This document shows positions 1 to 11,862 of a stretch of DNA of 64,000 bases, piece after piece. Both the position numbers and the translations under genes were made by a program. The notes beneath the pieces are model-generated. The model searched no databases, had not been told where the DNA came from, and saw only the letters and a list, made by a program, of their open reading frames with translations. Positions within the stretch are counted from its first letter, which is position 1; each line of letters starts with the position of its first letter. Location: positions 310,001 to 374,000 of IMG/VR virus record IMGVR_UViG_3300046517_002304; one strand, 5' to 3'.

Positions 1-2
1 AA

Positions 3-146
3 GTATTAGATTATTTATACCTTAACCTCGGCAAGATCGCCAGCAATAGCGGTACAATTCAGTCATCTATCGGAGCCGTTTTTAGGGACTGGGAATATAA
101 AAATTCTGGGGACAAAGGCAGCTACACGCCTAACTACATCCCATAA
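3..146 (+). CDS. 3' end of a gene truncated by the window edge (VLDYLYLNLGK...YTPNYIP*)
   Basis: Only frame open from the edge to TAA at 144-146; not in ORF track. Confidence 0.55.
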   Translation, partial: VLDYLYLNLGKIASNSGTIQSSIGAVFRDWEYKNSGDKGSYTPNYIP

Positions 147-999
147 GCGTAATCGTTCAGTCCACCGATTTCTACTCCACGCTTGCCCCTAATAAGCATC
201 GCTTTCCGCTCTCTCCGCGAAAGGACGGGAACGTAAACTAAAATCCACTCGCCCTTATGGGCTGGTTTTCGCTTTTTGCGTTTTATGATTGGCACGATTC
301 ACCATCCCCACAGAACATTATGGATTAAATATATAGCCAATGCCGGCCCTTCCATTATTAAAAAGAAAAGGCTAATGGTTAGACACCAAGCGTACATGTC
401 TTCATTAATATAATTCAGAGTATTTTCAAACTTATACTTATAATACCATGCCGTAAGAGCAAATAGTGCCGCCACAAAGGCAAATACTATCATTGCTGCA
501 ACTGCTAGTGGCATTGTGGGCGCTGTTCTTCTGCTTGTTTGATCCAAGTAGAGCAATAGCCGATGCTATCATCATCATGCCAGCATGACCGTACTTTGCC
601 AATCCAGTACATCACAAGGATATCACTGGATTGTTTGGCAACAGCTTCGCAATATTGCCAAAAACTCACTTAACTTCCTCTACCAAGAGGATTTCTTCGT
701 CCGGCTGCTCTTCAGTAATTCGATCTCTTGCATGTTTCTTAGACACACACTGGAGAACAAAATACTTGCCGGATTTTGTTTCAATTCGCCAAGGGGCAGA
801 CTTAGAAAGCCCTTCAATGTTAGCCTTCTTGGGTTCCGCTTCAACGGCGACAGGAGCCGCCACCTCAACTGCTTTCTTCTTCATTGTTTTCCTTACATGA
901 ACTTCGGTGCCATTTTCGGTTGTCTGGCTACCAGATGCGGTTTCAGAACCTTTTTTCTTCATCATGTCTTTCTATGGATAACTAAGGTTTGATTTTAAA

Positions 1000-1074
1000 A
1001 ACAATCATTCGGCTAATCCGCAAGTATCCCGGTGTTGCCACCCTGGTTTCACAGAGCTTAACCGAACAATTGTC
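1000..1074 (-). ncRNA. Candidate structured RNA element (17-bp stem closing a 41-nt loop containing a GNRA hairpin)
   Basis: GACAATTGTTCGGTTAA pairs with TTAGCCGAATGATTGTT using four G-U pairs that work only on the - strand; internal GGTG-GCAA-CACC. Confidence 0.45.
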
Positions 1075-1206
1075 TTATGTCTTTTTTGGCTTCGGCCACT
1101 TCAGATCTGCGGAATTCACAACCCCTTTACCCCGCCATTTTCCCTGAAGTCGGTCCCACAGTCGCCACTTGTCTCCATCCCGACGCATAATAAATCTGAT
1201 TTTCAT
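1075..1206 (-). CDS. Small basic hypothetical protein (43 aa, MKIRFIMRRDGDKWRLWD...)
   Basis: ATG directly after the stop of 1208..1519; below the ORF-track cutoff. Confidence 0.5.
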   Translation of the reverse strand: MKIRFIMRRDGDKWRLWDRLQGKWRGKGVVNSADLKWPKPKKT

Positions 1207-2810
1207 CTTACGCCTTCTTCAATCCAGCGCCGGGGGTTTTCTTCTTGGCCGAAAAATGAATTCGGTTACTGTTGTCGTAATGCCATTCGAATCTGGAATC
1301 GCCGCGAACCAGACCCTTCATAGCCCACACCAAATCTTTATCGTCGCAAGAAATGGAAACCATTGAACCGCTGATGAGCGTCTTCAAGTGTTCCGCTGCT
1401 TTGCTTGCGGCAGCATTCTGAGTCGCTTCACGACGACGCTCAAATCCGTCTCGCTTACGCTTCTCTTTATTCCAATCTCCGAGGGAAAACCCTTCAGCGA
1501 AGTTGCCCTTGCCAGCCATTTTAATTTCCTTTAAAAAAGGTTATTGAATTGTTATGAACTAGTATGGATAACTAAATTTCGATAATGTCTACAACAACGT
1601 CTTTTTCATCTAATATCAAAACTAAACATTCGGCATGTTTCTTATATTCATACAAATCTTTGTTATTCAAATTATCATTAGGTTTTTTGCGAACAGTTAG
1701 ATAACCCATTTTAACTAAATACTTTTCGGCTTTACCTACCTTCATTCCGATTGCGTTTGTTGTTTTCATATCTTGATAATTCTTGGGAATGCTTTTAATA
1801 TAACCTTATCAAATGCCTTACAGCAATCTTGCTGCAACCTGTCTATTACGGCATGTCTCCACGCGATATGAGATGGGCTAAGAAGACCCCCTGTAGGAGG
1901 GTCAACCTTATAATGCTTTTTCATACCTTGAAAAAATTGATCTTGCGATAAGCCAGTATCATTGTTCATAGCAACTTCTTGAGTAAATAAACCGCTTCTG
2001 ATATATCGCAATATGAATTCATTTTTAGTCATGGCTTGCTTTCCTTTCGCTCCGTATAACATTTTATCTCACTTACGTCTTGATATAATTTTGTGAATGA
2101 CTCTAATCCATGCTCTTCGCCTTGTGCGTTAATAAGAGCGGCAGCTTTATCGCAAATTACGCCGACTGTGAATCTGTCTCTACCTTCCCCTAAGCAATAG
2201 CACCAAGCACCGACCGCCATCCATTCTGGCTTAGGGCAGTCAGGATATATGTTAATCGTTGTCATGATTACTATTCTTTAAATCCTGTTTGTTTATTCTG
2301 CGGCGTCTTCGGCAGGCTCGCTCATATCTTTTCTTAGCCGCCCTTTTGTGTGCCGCACTTCTGTACCAGCCGCTATATTTTCTTGTGGCGGGATTATCAT
2401 GCCCGGGGCAACACCCGATATCTACCTTAGACAAATCGTCAAGAGCGTATGGTTTCATTTGTAGTCGTCCGGGTTTAACCACTTGCCTTTTCGGATGCGA
2501 TAAATTAAATGCAATACACCACTAAGAATAAATGATCCTATTTCATAAATTGCGATGCCCGCAAATATTAGTAAGAGCCAAAAAAGTGGATTATTTTCGT
2601 CCATTGTTCACCATTGCCAGCGAAGATGCGAAACAAGCCAAGCAACAAATCCAAGAAACGCAATATAACAAACCATGAGTATCACAAACTCAAATGGAGT
2701 TGCTTTCCCATGAGGCGTATCTGGATCACACCTTGAGCAAACCTCACCACGGCGGATTGCTTCGCGCTCTCCCATGTGTCGCTTGCACTGAGGGCAATGA
2801 GTTAGCATAA

Positions 2811-3629
2811 TTAATCGTCCGAACTTCTAAGCTTAGCCAACAGCTTAAGAATTTCCAGATAGAGCCACACAATCGTTAGCATCAATCCGAAAGCCGCATA
2901 CCATTCATACCATCTGGGAGATTTGTTTTCAGCAGCATCCGTGATTATTCCAAAGTCCACAATGAAATTGAGGGCCGCAACAATCACAATCACCACACTA
3001 ATTCCGATTGACAACCAAGAATTGCCGTGGACGATTTCAACGGGAGCGCACCCAAACGCCTGCATAATGATATCAGTAAAATATAACAACAAAATTCCAC
3101 CCATCGCAGACAATAGCCCCACCATAAATCCTTGTGTTGGTCGCAGAATTCCGCTTGTATATAATACTCCCATTACGCCCGCAGTCCCCACAACGCCCGC
3201 CATAGCTTCCATAACGATGCCGGGGTATTGAGTTTCAAATCCCGCTGAGATTGCACCAAGCGCCAATCCTTCCAATGCAGCATAGATGGGAGCAGTAATC
3301 GGAGCGGAGCGTTGATAAAAAATAGTAATCAAGGCAATGACGAATGCTCCAAGGCACCCACCGATTGCCAATCCAATCACATTCGGAGGAAGATCAATTT
3401 GAACTAGCGGCTTTTTGCCGTTCTCATCTGCCGGAGTTTTTTCGGCTTGAATATGAGCATCCTTGAACGCTGCCGAATAACCAGCAGTTGTTTTAATCCA
3501 AGTATAAGAAAACGTGCATGCCATGATAGCAAGTAGAACTAGCGTTTTGAATGCCGCTCCTTGCACCGTAAACACATCTGTCTTCGTCAGTGAACGAGGT
3601 GCCGAACCTGAGAATGCTGGATTTGCCAC
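2811..3629 (-). CDS. Bax inhibitor-1/YccA family multi-pass membrane protein
   Basis: About 7 hydrophobic segments; C-terminal LNFIVDF...EWYAAFGLMLTIVWLYLEILKLL signature. Confidence 0.85.
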   Translation of the reverse strand: MANPAFSGSAPRSLTKTDVFTVQGAAFKTLVLLAIMACTFSYTWIKTTAGYSAAFKDAHIQAEKTPADENGKKPLVQIDLPPNVIGLAIGGCLGAFVIALITIFYQRSAPITAPIYAALEGLALGAISAGFETQYPGIVMEAMAGVVGTAGVMGVLYTSGILRPTQGFMVGLLSAMGGILLLYFTDIIMQAFGCAPVEIVHGNSWLSIGISVVIVIVAALNFIVDFGIITDAAENKSPRWYEWYAAFGLMLTIVWLYLEILKLLAKLRSSDD

Positions 3630-4014
3630 AGTGTTCCTTTCAGGAAGTTTGATTCTTATGGATAACTAAAAAGTGATTTTGATGAATCCATGTTCTGGAA
3701 GTTGCACAGGGTCTTCCTTAATAAATGTTCCGTACTTAAGAACATAATATCCTTCGCCAGTATATTCTACTGGAAGCGACTCGCTATATAAAGTTTTAAA
3801 TGGTCGCGTTACCTTAGCGATTCGTTCCATTTCTGCAAGAGTAAATGTAGATGTCATGCCACCACTCCCATTTCGCGCAAGTTCGCAATGAACATTCCAA
3901 ACAGAACAGCAAATCCGACCGACACAAGTAGTCCAAGCAATCCATTAAGACTAAGCCAAGCCAGCAATGCTGCGGCCATTACTTCCGTCACAATGATTTG
4001 TTTGATGTGTGGTT

Positions 4015-4677
4015 TCATGCAAGCTCAGGATGGTTTTTGTATAGTTCATCCTTGATCTTGGCTAATTCCGTCATTGAAATTTCGTTTGGAAATCTTCCTA
4101 AGACATAACCATCGAAATAATACCGATACTCTGCCTTAGCTTTCATGCCATCGCTAAATACATAACATCCATTAGATTCAGGAAGCAGAACAGATGTTTC
4201 GGCCGGACCATCTGTTCTATGTCGGTTATCTTTATAATACCAACCCTCATGATACGTCCAACAAGAATTAGCAATGTAAGCAGGACCACCGACACGATGC
4301 CGTTGATTAAATTGATACCATTCTTTTGTCCCATTGGGATGGGTTATGGCAGGAAGATCATTATCTCTATGTAAGAGTCCATTTTGATACCACTCTTGAG
4401 TAATTTCATCTTTATATCTTGTAATAACTGCCGGTAAATCATTTTCACTATGCAATTCACCATTAGCATTGAACCACGACTCTTCAATCGCAGAACATCC
4501 CGCATCTTTTATAGTATGACACACATAACCATTTTTGGTTCCGATAACATCTTTTCCGTGTTTAAAATAAACAATTTTATCATCTATCCTTATATCTGCG
4601 AAAAGCTTCGGAAACGAAATCAGGCTTGCCGGAATTAAAGAAGACAATCCAGTGAGAATTTGACGACGATTAAGCAT
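4015..4677 (-). CDS. HRxDGPA-repeat protein with twin-arginine-like N-terminus
   Basis: MLNRRQIL...; LHSENDLPA, LHRDNDLPA, HRVGGPA, HRTDGPA repeats. Confidence 0.75.
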   Translation of the reverse strand: MLNRRQILTGLSSLIPASLISFPKLFADIRIDDKIVYFKHGKDVIGTKNGYVCHTIKDAGCSAIEESWFNANGELHSENDLPAVITRYKDEITQEWYQNGLLHRDNDLPAITHPNGTKEWYQFNQRHRVGGPAYIANSCWTYHEGWYYKDNRHRTDGPAETSVLLPESNGCYVFSDGMKAKAEYRYYFDGYVLGRFPNEISMTELAKIKDELYKNHPELA

Positions 4678-4941
4678 GCTTCTTTCCTCTTTTCATTCTC
4701 CAAGGCTTGTTACCTTGTTCGTTGTTTAATACTTGATGCCCGAAAGGTTTGTTTTCGTCAACAGAGTTAAGATTATAACCACCAGCAAGTGACTCAGCAG
4801 CCTTTAAGGCTATGACTTCGCTACAATAACGCCCTTCACGATCATGCACACCTTCACTGCTAACGGCATATGCATGGTAAATGAATCCATCTGGATCGTT
4901 TGTGCGAATTAATACTTTACCTTTCCACATCAGTTTTTTCC

Positions 4942-5388
4942 TTATGCCAATTCAGGGACATCCATATGACCGACTGCTTCATAGAAAGCAAAAGACCTTC
5001 TGGCGTACCCTATAAAGTGCGGAGGGCTGCGATACCTACTCACGCTATTTGTAATGAATGATTTTTTCGCACCAAACGGCTCAGCTTTTTTAAATAATTT
5101 TCTGCCGATACCCTTACGCCGATGTCTAGTTTTAACATAGACGCCGATATCCAATGCATCGTGGTTATAGAAGTTTCCCAACAGCAAAGCCCCTACTGGG
5201 ATATTACCAATAAACGCCATGGCAATAAAAGATATTCTCTTTCGATCATAGACATGTATTTGATCTAAGGCAAGCGACTTCATCATACCTTGCTTATAAT
5301 ATAATTTGTGTCTTAAAATCAACTTGCAAAAATCTTGAATTTCTTTTTTAGAATTGCGGATTGTAATAATTTTAAGCATATCGGACAC
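4942..5388 (-). CDS. GNAT family N-acetyltransferase
   Basis: Motif A VYVKTRHRRKGIGRKL; C-terminal AFYEAVG. Confidence 0.75.
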   Translation of the reverse strand: MSDMLKIITIRNSKKEIQDFCKLILRHKLYYKQGMMKSLALDQIHVYDRKRISFIAMAFIGNIPVGALLLGNFYNHDALDIGVYVKTRHRRKGIGRKLFKKAEPFGAKKSFITNSVSRYRSPPHFIGYARRSFAFYEAVGHMDVPELA

Positions 5389-5582
5389 TTTCTGGCTTTC
5401 GCTCCATAATTAAAAGACCATTTGAATCATACATCTTAACATGCCAATCCTGGAGATACTGCTCTGCAAAAATTCTTTCAGCATCTTCTTTACGATAACC
5501 ACAGAATCCCCTGCGAATTCCTCTATTGCGGTTATCGTAGCAGTTTACTGTAAAGGTTTCAGCCATACATCATTATGGATAA

Positions 5583-7260
5583 CTAATGAGTAAAAGGCCC
5601 ATGATCGTCATGCCAGTCTTGGTCAATTTGTTGCTGGCTTCTGTTATCGGATGCATAGCGCCTATCTGCATCGTCATCTTCTTTTTTATCTTTATCTGAC
5701 GCAGAAAGTTCTGCCGCCACTTCGCCAAAATCCTTGGCAAATACGCTATCGTCTGAAAGTGCCTTTAATTCTTCATTGGTAAGATCAAATTTCTTTGTTT
5801 TTTCGGCTGCACAATCGTCATCAAAAATATCTTTTTGTGCGGTATCTAACAAGTTATAATCAAACAGTCTGCGAAACATGCCCACCGTTTGGCCCGGCAT
5901 AAAAATTGATTTAACATCATGCTTGACTGCTGTTATCCAAGTGATATCATGGTCCCTTCCATCGGGCCTTAATAAAGCACCAACAGCAACAACATCTAAA
6001 GACGCAAAATTAAGATTATTGCCAGATAACAGCTTCTTAAGTTCTTCTCGGCTATTGGTAAGTTTGCCGATCCAGAAGTCGTAAAGCAATTCTCTGGCTT
6101 CGTCCAGCGTTATGACGAGGACCGATTGTTTAATTGCCATGATTAATATCTTTCCTCAAATTCGCCAAGTGTTCTTCGGCTTTTCCGACAAGGAAGCATC
6201 CTGTTTGGAAGTCCATATTTTTGAAATGCCATTCTTTCAAAATCTCTTAGCCTACTAACTGAACCAGGCGGGTCTAACCAACCCAATTCATTAATGGCTT
6301 GAATTTCTTTATTCATACGATCATTAAAAGCACTATCATAGCTACGCCATGGGCTATATGCTACGTCGGATGCTCTTTTGGCTATTCTTTCTTCATTATG
6401 CTTACTAAGCATTGCCATCAACGGACTGTTCTTAGGTAGCATCGGCCCGTCATTAAGCGGCGCAACTGTTTTATCGTCGTCGCCTAATCCATGAAATTCA
6501 TTATACTTATCAAAAGCATCTCTTTCTTCTGGACTAAGATTATCATAAAACCATAAAGAATGCAAGACTTCGTTATCGCTAGATGCACACCCATAGACTG
6601 CTCTGGCCCCATATTTAGCAGCTACTTCTATTCCAATTCCGATATCGGAATACATATTACACGCTTCGTCATAGCTCATACTAGGAAAATGAGGAATAGA
6701 ATCAATAGTTCCTTCGGCAATTAATTTTTTCAAATGACTAGGATCATTGACAAGAGCATCAAATTGCCAGTCTATTAAGGCAACTCTCATCTCATCAAGC
6801 GTCAGAACGACGATAGGAAAAACTTCAGGCATGATTATGTCACCCCAAAATTTAAATCAACTTCTCCCATACCCTTATTCGCAACTTCAGGTACAGTGGA
6901 CTCTTGTGCATTATTAAGTTGTATATCACCAAAAAGATGCTTAACCTTTTCTTGTTCTTCTTCGCTTAGATGCTTCCATTGCCATACCATTATCATCCCG
7001 CTTCCTGTCCCAATCTGACTAATATAAACCGCTCCAGCTTTATATTGAATTCCATATTTTTCTGCGAGATTGAGGTCTTCGTATTGATCGCAAACTTCTT
7101 TATGAGAAATACTATTAAAGTTACCAAGTCCAGCGATAGTCCCGTCTTTAAGAGATTCCTTGAGATAGTTTCTATCATTTAATAAAGTTTGAGTTCTCCA
7201 CTCAAGGAGTTCTTCCTTGGCTTCTTCAAATGACAGAATGACTATTGGGAAGGCTCTCAT
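5583..7260 (-). CDS. Three tandem paralogous hypothetical proteins (5583-6140, 6143-6832, 6835-7260)
   Basis: Shared N-terminus (V/I)x(I/L)(T/S)xxExxxxLxxW...LxN...LK. Confidence 0.65.
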
Positions 7261-9219
7261 GATGATTTATGGATAACTAATTTGGTATGGATAGCCAGTT
7301 ATTCCTTTGAGGAAATTCTTAGCTTCATTGCCTTGTTCGTATAACTCCGTGCCACTCGTACAAAAGCATCGTAGCGGCATATCTTTTAATTTTTTAAGAG
7401 TATTCATGTGTATAATTCTTACAAATACACAGCGAGACTGATCTTTTTCCAAGAGTTTAAGAACCCACTTGAATTCTTTTTCTACTTGCTTTTCTTTAGC
7501 GGTCATTTCGCAGCAAGCCTATTTTTGATTTCGTAGATAATATTTTCTGGAACCGAAACATATACATGCTGATCGCCCGAACGAAATGGGAAAGCAGCAA
7601 TTCTGTTTTTAAAATCAATATGGGCTATAAATAAATCTGGAGCTGTCAAATCATCTACCGAAATCGTAGCATCAAACTTAGGATGCTTTGATTTCTCAAA
7701 ATTCCAATGACGCTCTTCGGTCATATCGCCGATCTTGAACGCTTGTTCTGTAATCATATTATTCATCCTTATCCCAAACAACCCTATGTCCACCTTCATC
7801 GTCAATCATATAAACTAGTATAAGCTTATCACCAAACTGGGACTTTAATCTTATAATCGCATCAGAATCAGACGATGCACGAACGCAAGGAGGATGCTCA
7901 TCCCACTTGTTAAAAACCGCATAGTAATCAAACTCAGGCATCAAACACGACCGAATCGTTTTCGCCGATTGTCCATAATGTTGCTTTACTTAATAGCTTT
8001 TTAATAGCCGGAACCGGCACTGGCCATGCTCGCATGATTTTAATCATAGTCTTTTTGCCGCTTCCGAAATAGCCGGCAATGCAAAATTTCACAATGTTTG
8101 GAGTGTAGACCATTTCAGTTGATGCGAGTCGGTATGTCATAGTATTTCCTTATGGATAACTAAATCAAGATAGGTTACCTGGCATGCCCTGCACTTTATC
8201 TGCTAAATGGCGAATTGCCTTTTTAACGTCAGATAATTGCGCCATCGTATTATTACATGTTATACAACCTGCAAATTCATTAATTAATTTTACCACATCT
8301 TCTCTAAGAAGATAAACCCCTTCATCTATTGTGTCGGATTTCTTAATATCCAATATCTTCATGGGACAGTAAAACTAAAATCATTTTTCATTGCATGCTC
8401 GCAATATTTTTTGCCAAGGTTTGAACATCACACCGAACATCCGTTTCTTGAGTTGCAGCGAATTCTAATAACAAATCAATAACGTCCATTTCGCAAAGAT
8501 ACTTTCGCCTGCTACCGACTGGATCAAAGCCGTTATCTACCGATACGCCGACGCGCACGCCAACCGGAATTGTTATAGAGCGAACTTTAATCATAATTCA
8601 ATTCCACTTATACCACAAGCATTTCCCATAAATTCTACGTCTAAGCCTTCGCCGACCAATGCCAATATATGCGTGGTCATATTTAATGCGTTGTATCCAG
8701 TAGCGTTCGCCTCCTTGGCTCCATCACGAAAAATGAGATACTCATTGTTTCTTATCGTTACTATATCGTTAGCCCTACATTCAGAAATTTTCACTTCGGT
8801 TCTCCCGTTAAAATCCAGTCAATCTTAGCAGCAGAGATAGCAACTCGGAGTTGTGCTTCTAGCGCTGTGGCCGATGTTGTTTTTCTATTTTTTAAAGCAA
8901 AGACGATTGACAGCAACTCAGCAGCCGAAATATCGCCATCAATTTTAACTCTATATTCTTCACCTGGAATTGGCTTAAGAGTAATCATTGCCACCAACCT
9001 TTATCTTGCGGTTTTCTTCTACTTGCATTTGAACTGCATGATAGCAATTTTTTACGCTATCTTCTCTATCGCAGCCATTGACATGGATTACCGGATTAAT
9101 ATCAAGGCAAACTGCTTCCATGCCGCTAGATAACACTAAAATATGAATTATACTATTCTCAACAACAACATGAACTAAATCACTGTCGTTGTTTAAATCA
9201 ATAATTCTGTTACGAAGCA

Positions 9220-9909
9220 TCACGCAACCTCAACCGAATGACCAAACACGTTTTCGCCGTTCATCTCACGAACGATGTCCCGAACTTCAAATACCCCAAG
9301 GTAAGAGATTTCATTGATGCTGTCACAAGCAACATCTCGGTAAATCACAGTCTTATCAAGACCCTGCCTGCCTTCCGGCTCCGGAGGAATGAAAGCCTCA
9401 ATTTCCGACTTAGGCACTTCTCGGAAATTAGGACTGACGGCAAAGTATTTAGACTTCGGATATCCACAGCAACAGATGGAAAGGTATCTGCGGTAAATGC
9501 CATCCTTATTGGTATGCTCAACCATATAAGGAGTTCCCGCCATCCTCACGCCCCAACTACGAGGCATAGCTTCAAAGTCGGATTCCTTGCCTTCCTTCTT
9601 CAGCCTGCCGTTGACCGCATTTTCATAATTAAAATCAACAATAGCCGTCAAATGAGTCTGCTTTACGATATTCCACTTCTTCTTAGGCTTATCCCAGAAT
9701 GGATTGCCAGTCTTGTGCAGATCCTTTGGAATCGTAGTGAAGTCCAGCCCAAGGACCACGGCTCCCTTGAGGTTTTTATCTGCTCTGTCTTGCATGATAT
9801 CCGCAAGAATTCCACTTACAGATTCAGCAGCATTGTTATAGTATTCTTGATTGTCCGCGTTGTTGCAGACCTCAACAATACTGGCAAGATTCAATTTGGG
9901 ATTGGGCAT
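9220..9909 (-). CDS. Hypothetical protein (229 aa), GC-richer codon usage
   Basis: Long ORF with AAGGAA Shine-Dalgarno and a motif variant at 9931. Confidence 0.7.
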   Translation of the reverse strand: MPNPKLNLASIVEVCNNADNQEYYNNAAESVSGILADIMQDRADKNLKGAVVLGLDFTTIPKDLHKTGNPFWDKPKKKWNIVKQTHLTAIVDFNYENAVNGRLKKEGKESDFEAMPRSWGVRMAGTPYMVEHTNKDGIYRRYLSICCCGYPKSKYFAVSPNFREVPKSEIEAFIPPEPEGRQGLDKTVIYRDVACDSINEISYLGVFEVRDIVREMNGENVFGHSVEVA

Positions 9910-10325
9910 GATTATTCCTTTCGTGAGCGAAATGGATAACTAGTGAAGAAACTCCTGAATGCATCAACTACATGTTTTGTTGTTAGCTGAACAATGTAAA
10001 TCAGTGTATATAAAAGACCGCCAAAGAAATTTTTGCCGAACATTATTCTTCATCCTCTTTTGTGTCTTTGTCCCTGGTTGCTTTCATAGCTAATCTTTTA
10101 GACGGATACTGGCCGTTTGCACAAACAACATAGCGGTGGTCAATTATAAACGAATGCCACGTTTGATTTTTATGTTGAACGACAAACCCTAATCCAGACC
10201 CAGGCGAAGGATTGCCTCTCCAGCTTAGTTGTCTATAAGTTGACAGGATAAAATCATCACGATTCTTCGGAAGATAAGGCTCTTCCGGATCTATTTTAGT
10301 CCATCTGTCCATGGTGTTTTCCTAA

Positions 10326-10661
10326 TTAAGAAATTCCACAAGCATTTAGAAGAAGTTTACGAAGCTCAATCATATTTGATTCGTGGTGTATACCAGATGA
10401 CATCCATTTATTATCGGCGGCATTTGCTATCGCAGATATTAGAACATCGGGAATACCTAATCTTTCACCAACGGACTGGTATGAGCTACATGGCCGATCT
10501 TTCAAGGCAGTTATCGGACAACAACTGCCTCCTTCTTGGAGCGAATTTCTAATAGGGGCCAATTCAGGAAAGGCTACGCCCCCCCATTTCAGGGACGACA
10601 CTCTGACATGCCAATTCCTTTTAGTCTTTCTTAAAGCGGCAATGAATTGTTTAAGATTCAT
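10326..10661 (-). CDS. MNLKQFIA paralogue family, copy 1
   Basis: MNLKQFIA...CPIT...AADN...ELRKLLLNACG. Confidence 0.7.
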   Translation of the reverse strand: MNLKQFIAALRKTKRNWHVRVSSLKWGGVAFPELAPIRNSLQEGGSCCPITALKDRPCSSYQSVGERLGIPDVLISAIANAADNKWMSSGIHHESNMIELRKLLLNACGIS

Positions 10662-11152
10662 ATCGCCGCTCCCGCATACATTGCCGCCGGATTTTTCAGG
10701 AAGTCTTTCATCCTAGCAACAACCATTTGTCTTGTAATAGGTCTTTTAGCATACATTCTTACGCCGAATAAATATTCAACGTCTTCATAGCTTAATTTTA
10801 AAATTTTTGCCAGTGTATACTTGGCTGTTTTCCACGTATCAGGATAAGGAAGATCAGTATTACGAGGCGAAGCGTTAATAGCTTCGTCAAAAGTCATACC
10901 GATTGGAATAACGAATGGCTGGCTCTGAGTAGGATGTGATTCATATTTACATAGATCAGGAAACGCTATAGGCAAATGTCCTCCAACGCACCCAGTTGTG
11001 CCACAACCTTCAGGATTTAACAAATCGCAAAAAGGATCATGTGTTCCACGGTAAGGAACACTCAGCACATAATTCATATCAAAGTGCTTGTCAAGAATTA
11101 TATTCTCAACAAAGCGAATGAGTTGTTTGAATCTGGTCTTATGCATTTTCAT
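10658..11152 (-). CDS. Hypothetical protein with CGTxxCxxGHLP motif (paralogue of 17688-18254)
   Basis: CGTTGCVGGHLPIAFP versus CGTQACAVGHLPLVFP. Confidence 0.65.
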   Translation of the reverse strand: MKMHKTRFKQLIRFVENIILDKHFDMNYVLSVPYRGTHDPFCDLLNPEGCGTTGCVGGHLPIAFPDLCKYESHPTQSQPFVIPIGMTFDEAINASPRNTDLPYPDTWKTAKYTLAKILKLSYEDVEYLFGVRMYAKRPITRQMVVARMKDFLKNPAAMYAGAAI

Positions 11153-11435
11153 TTACTCCACAGGCATCTAGTAAAAGTTTACGGAGTTCAAACATGTTGC
11201 TAGTATGATGACACTCCAATACCATATTGTCAGCAGCGTGAACAATCGCTGTGATTAATACGTTTGGCAATCCAACGGAAATGCCGACTTCATCAAATTG
11301 CTGGCAGTCCGCACCCTGTAGTGATGTAATCGGACAAGAAAAATTATCATCGTCTCTAAGAATACTTTTAACTTTAGAAACATGCCAATGCTTATTGGCA
11401 TTCTTAAGTTCGGCAATGAATTGTTTGAGGTTCAT
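11139..11435 (-). CDS. MNLKQFIA paralogue family, copy 2
   Basis: MNLKQFIA...CPIT...AADN...ELRKLLLDACG. Confidence 0.7.
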   Translation of the reverse strand: MNLKQFIAELKNANKHWHVSKVKSILRDDDNFSCPITSLQGADCQQFDEVGISVGLPNVLITAIVHAADNMVLECHHTSNMFELRKLLLDACGVNENA

Positions 11436-11445
11436 GATTTATTTC

Positions 11446-11862
11446 TTAGTTATCAAACCAGAAGACAATGCGAGAGTCTTCGTAGCCCATCTCCGCAAGG
11501 TCTTCCGCATCATCAGGATATTGCGGGTAATAGTCAATTCTATTTCCGAATAAGTAACCAAACAAAGGTGGATAATTTCGGTATTCTTTAAAGTTTTCGT
11601 ACCAATCTTCTATTTCCCCGGCTTCTTTAGATGACAGCCAAGAATGGTCGTGATAATCTATTGCTTTAAGATCGGCATCAAACTTAGTTGTAAAACTAAG
11701 GTCAGCAGGCAACCCCCTTGGAGGGGCAATGGGTTCCAGCTTTCCTCGTACTCCAGCCATTTTAGAAAATAGAGAATAACTCTGTTCAACACGAGGATGA
11801 TTATAATGGTGCCATGTTCCATTAACTTTAATCTCAACGTGAACGTGAATGTCGCAGCTCAT
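11446..11862 (-). CDS. Phage-type hypothetical protein
   Basis: MxCDIH...RGLPAD...HSWL...RIVFWFDN pattern familiar from phage proteins; motif 11 nt upstream. Confidence 0.6.
   Translation of the reverse strand: MSCDIHVHVEIKVNGTWHHYNHPRVEQSYSLFSKMAGVRGKLEPIAPPRGLPADLSFTTKFDADLKAIDYHDHSWLSSKEAGEIEDWYENFKEYRNYPPLFGYLFGNRIDYYPQYPDDAEDLAEMGYEDSRIVFWFDN

Noticed and set aside
1017-1057. ZTP riboswitch or SRP RNA
   Set aside because: Only a GGTG-loop-CACC-GGGA resemblance; lacks GACUGGCG/CGCCUGGG (ZTP) and AGCAG (SRP).
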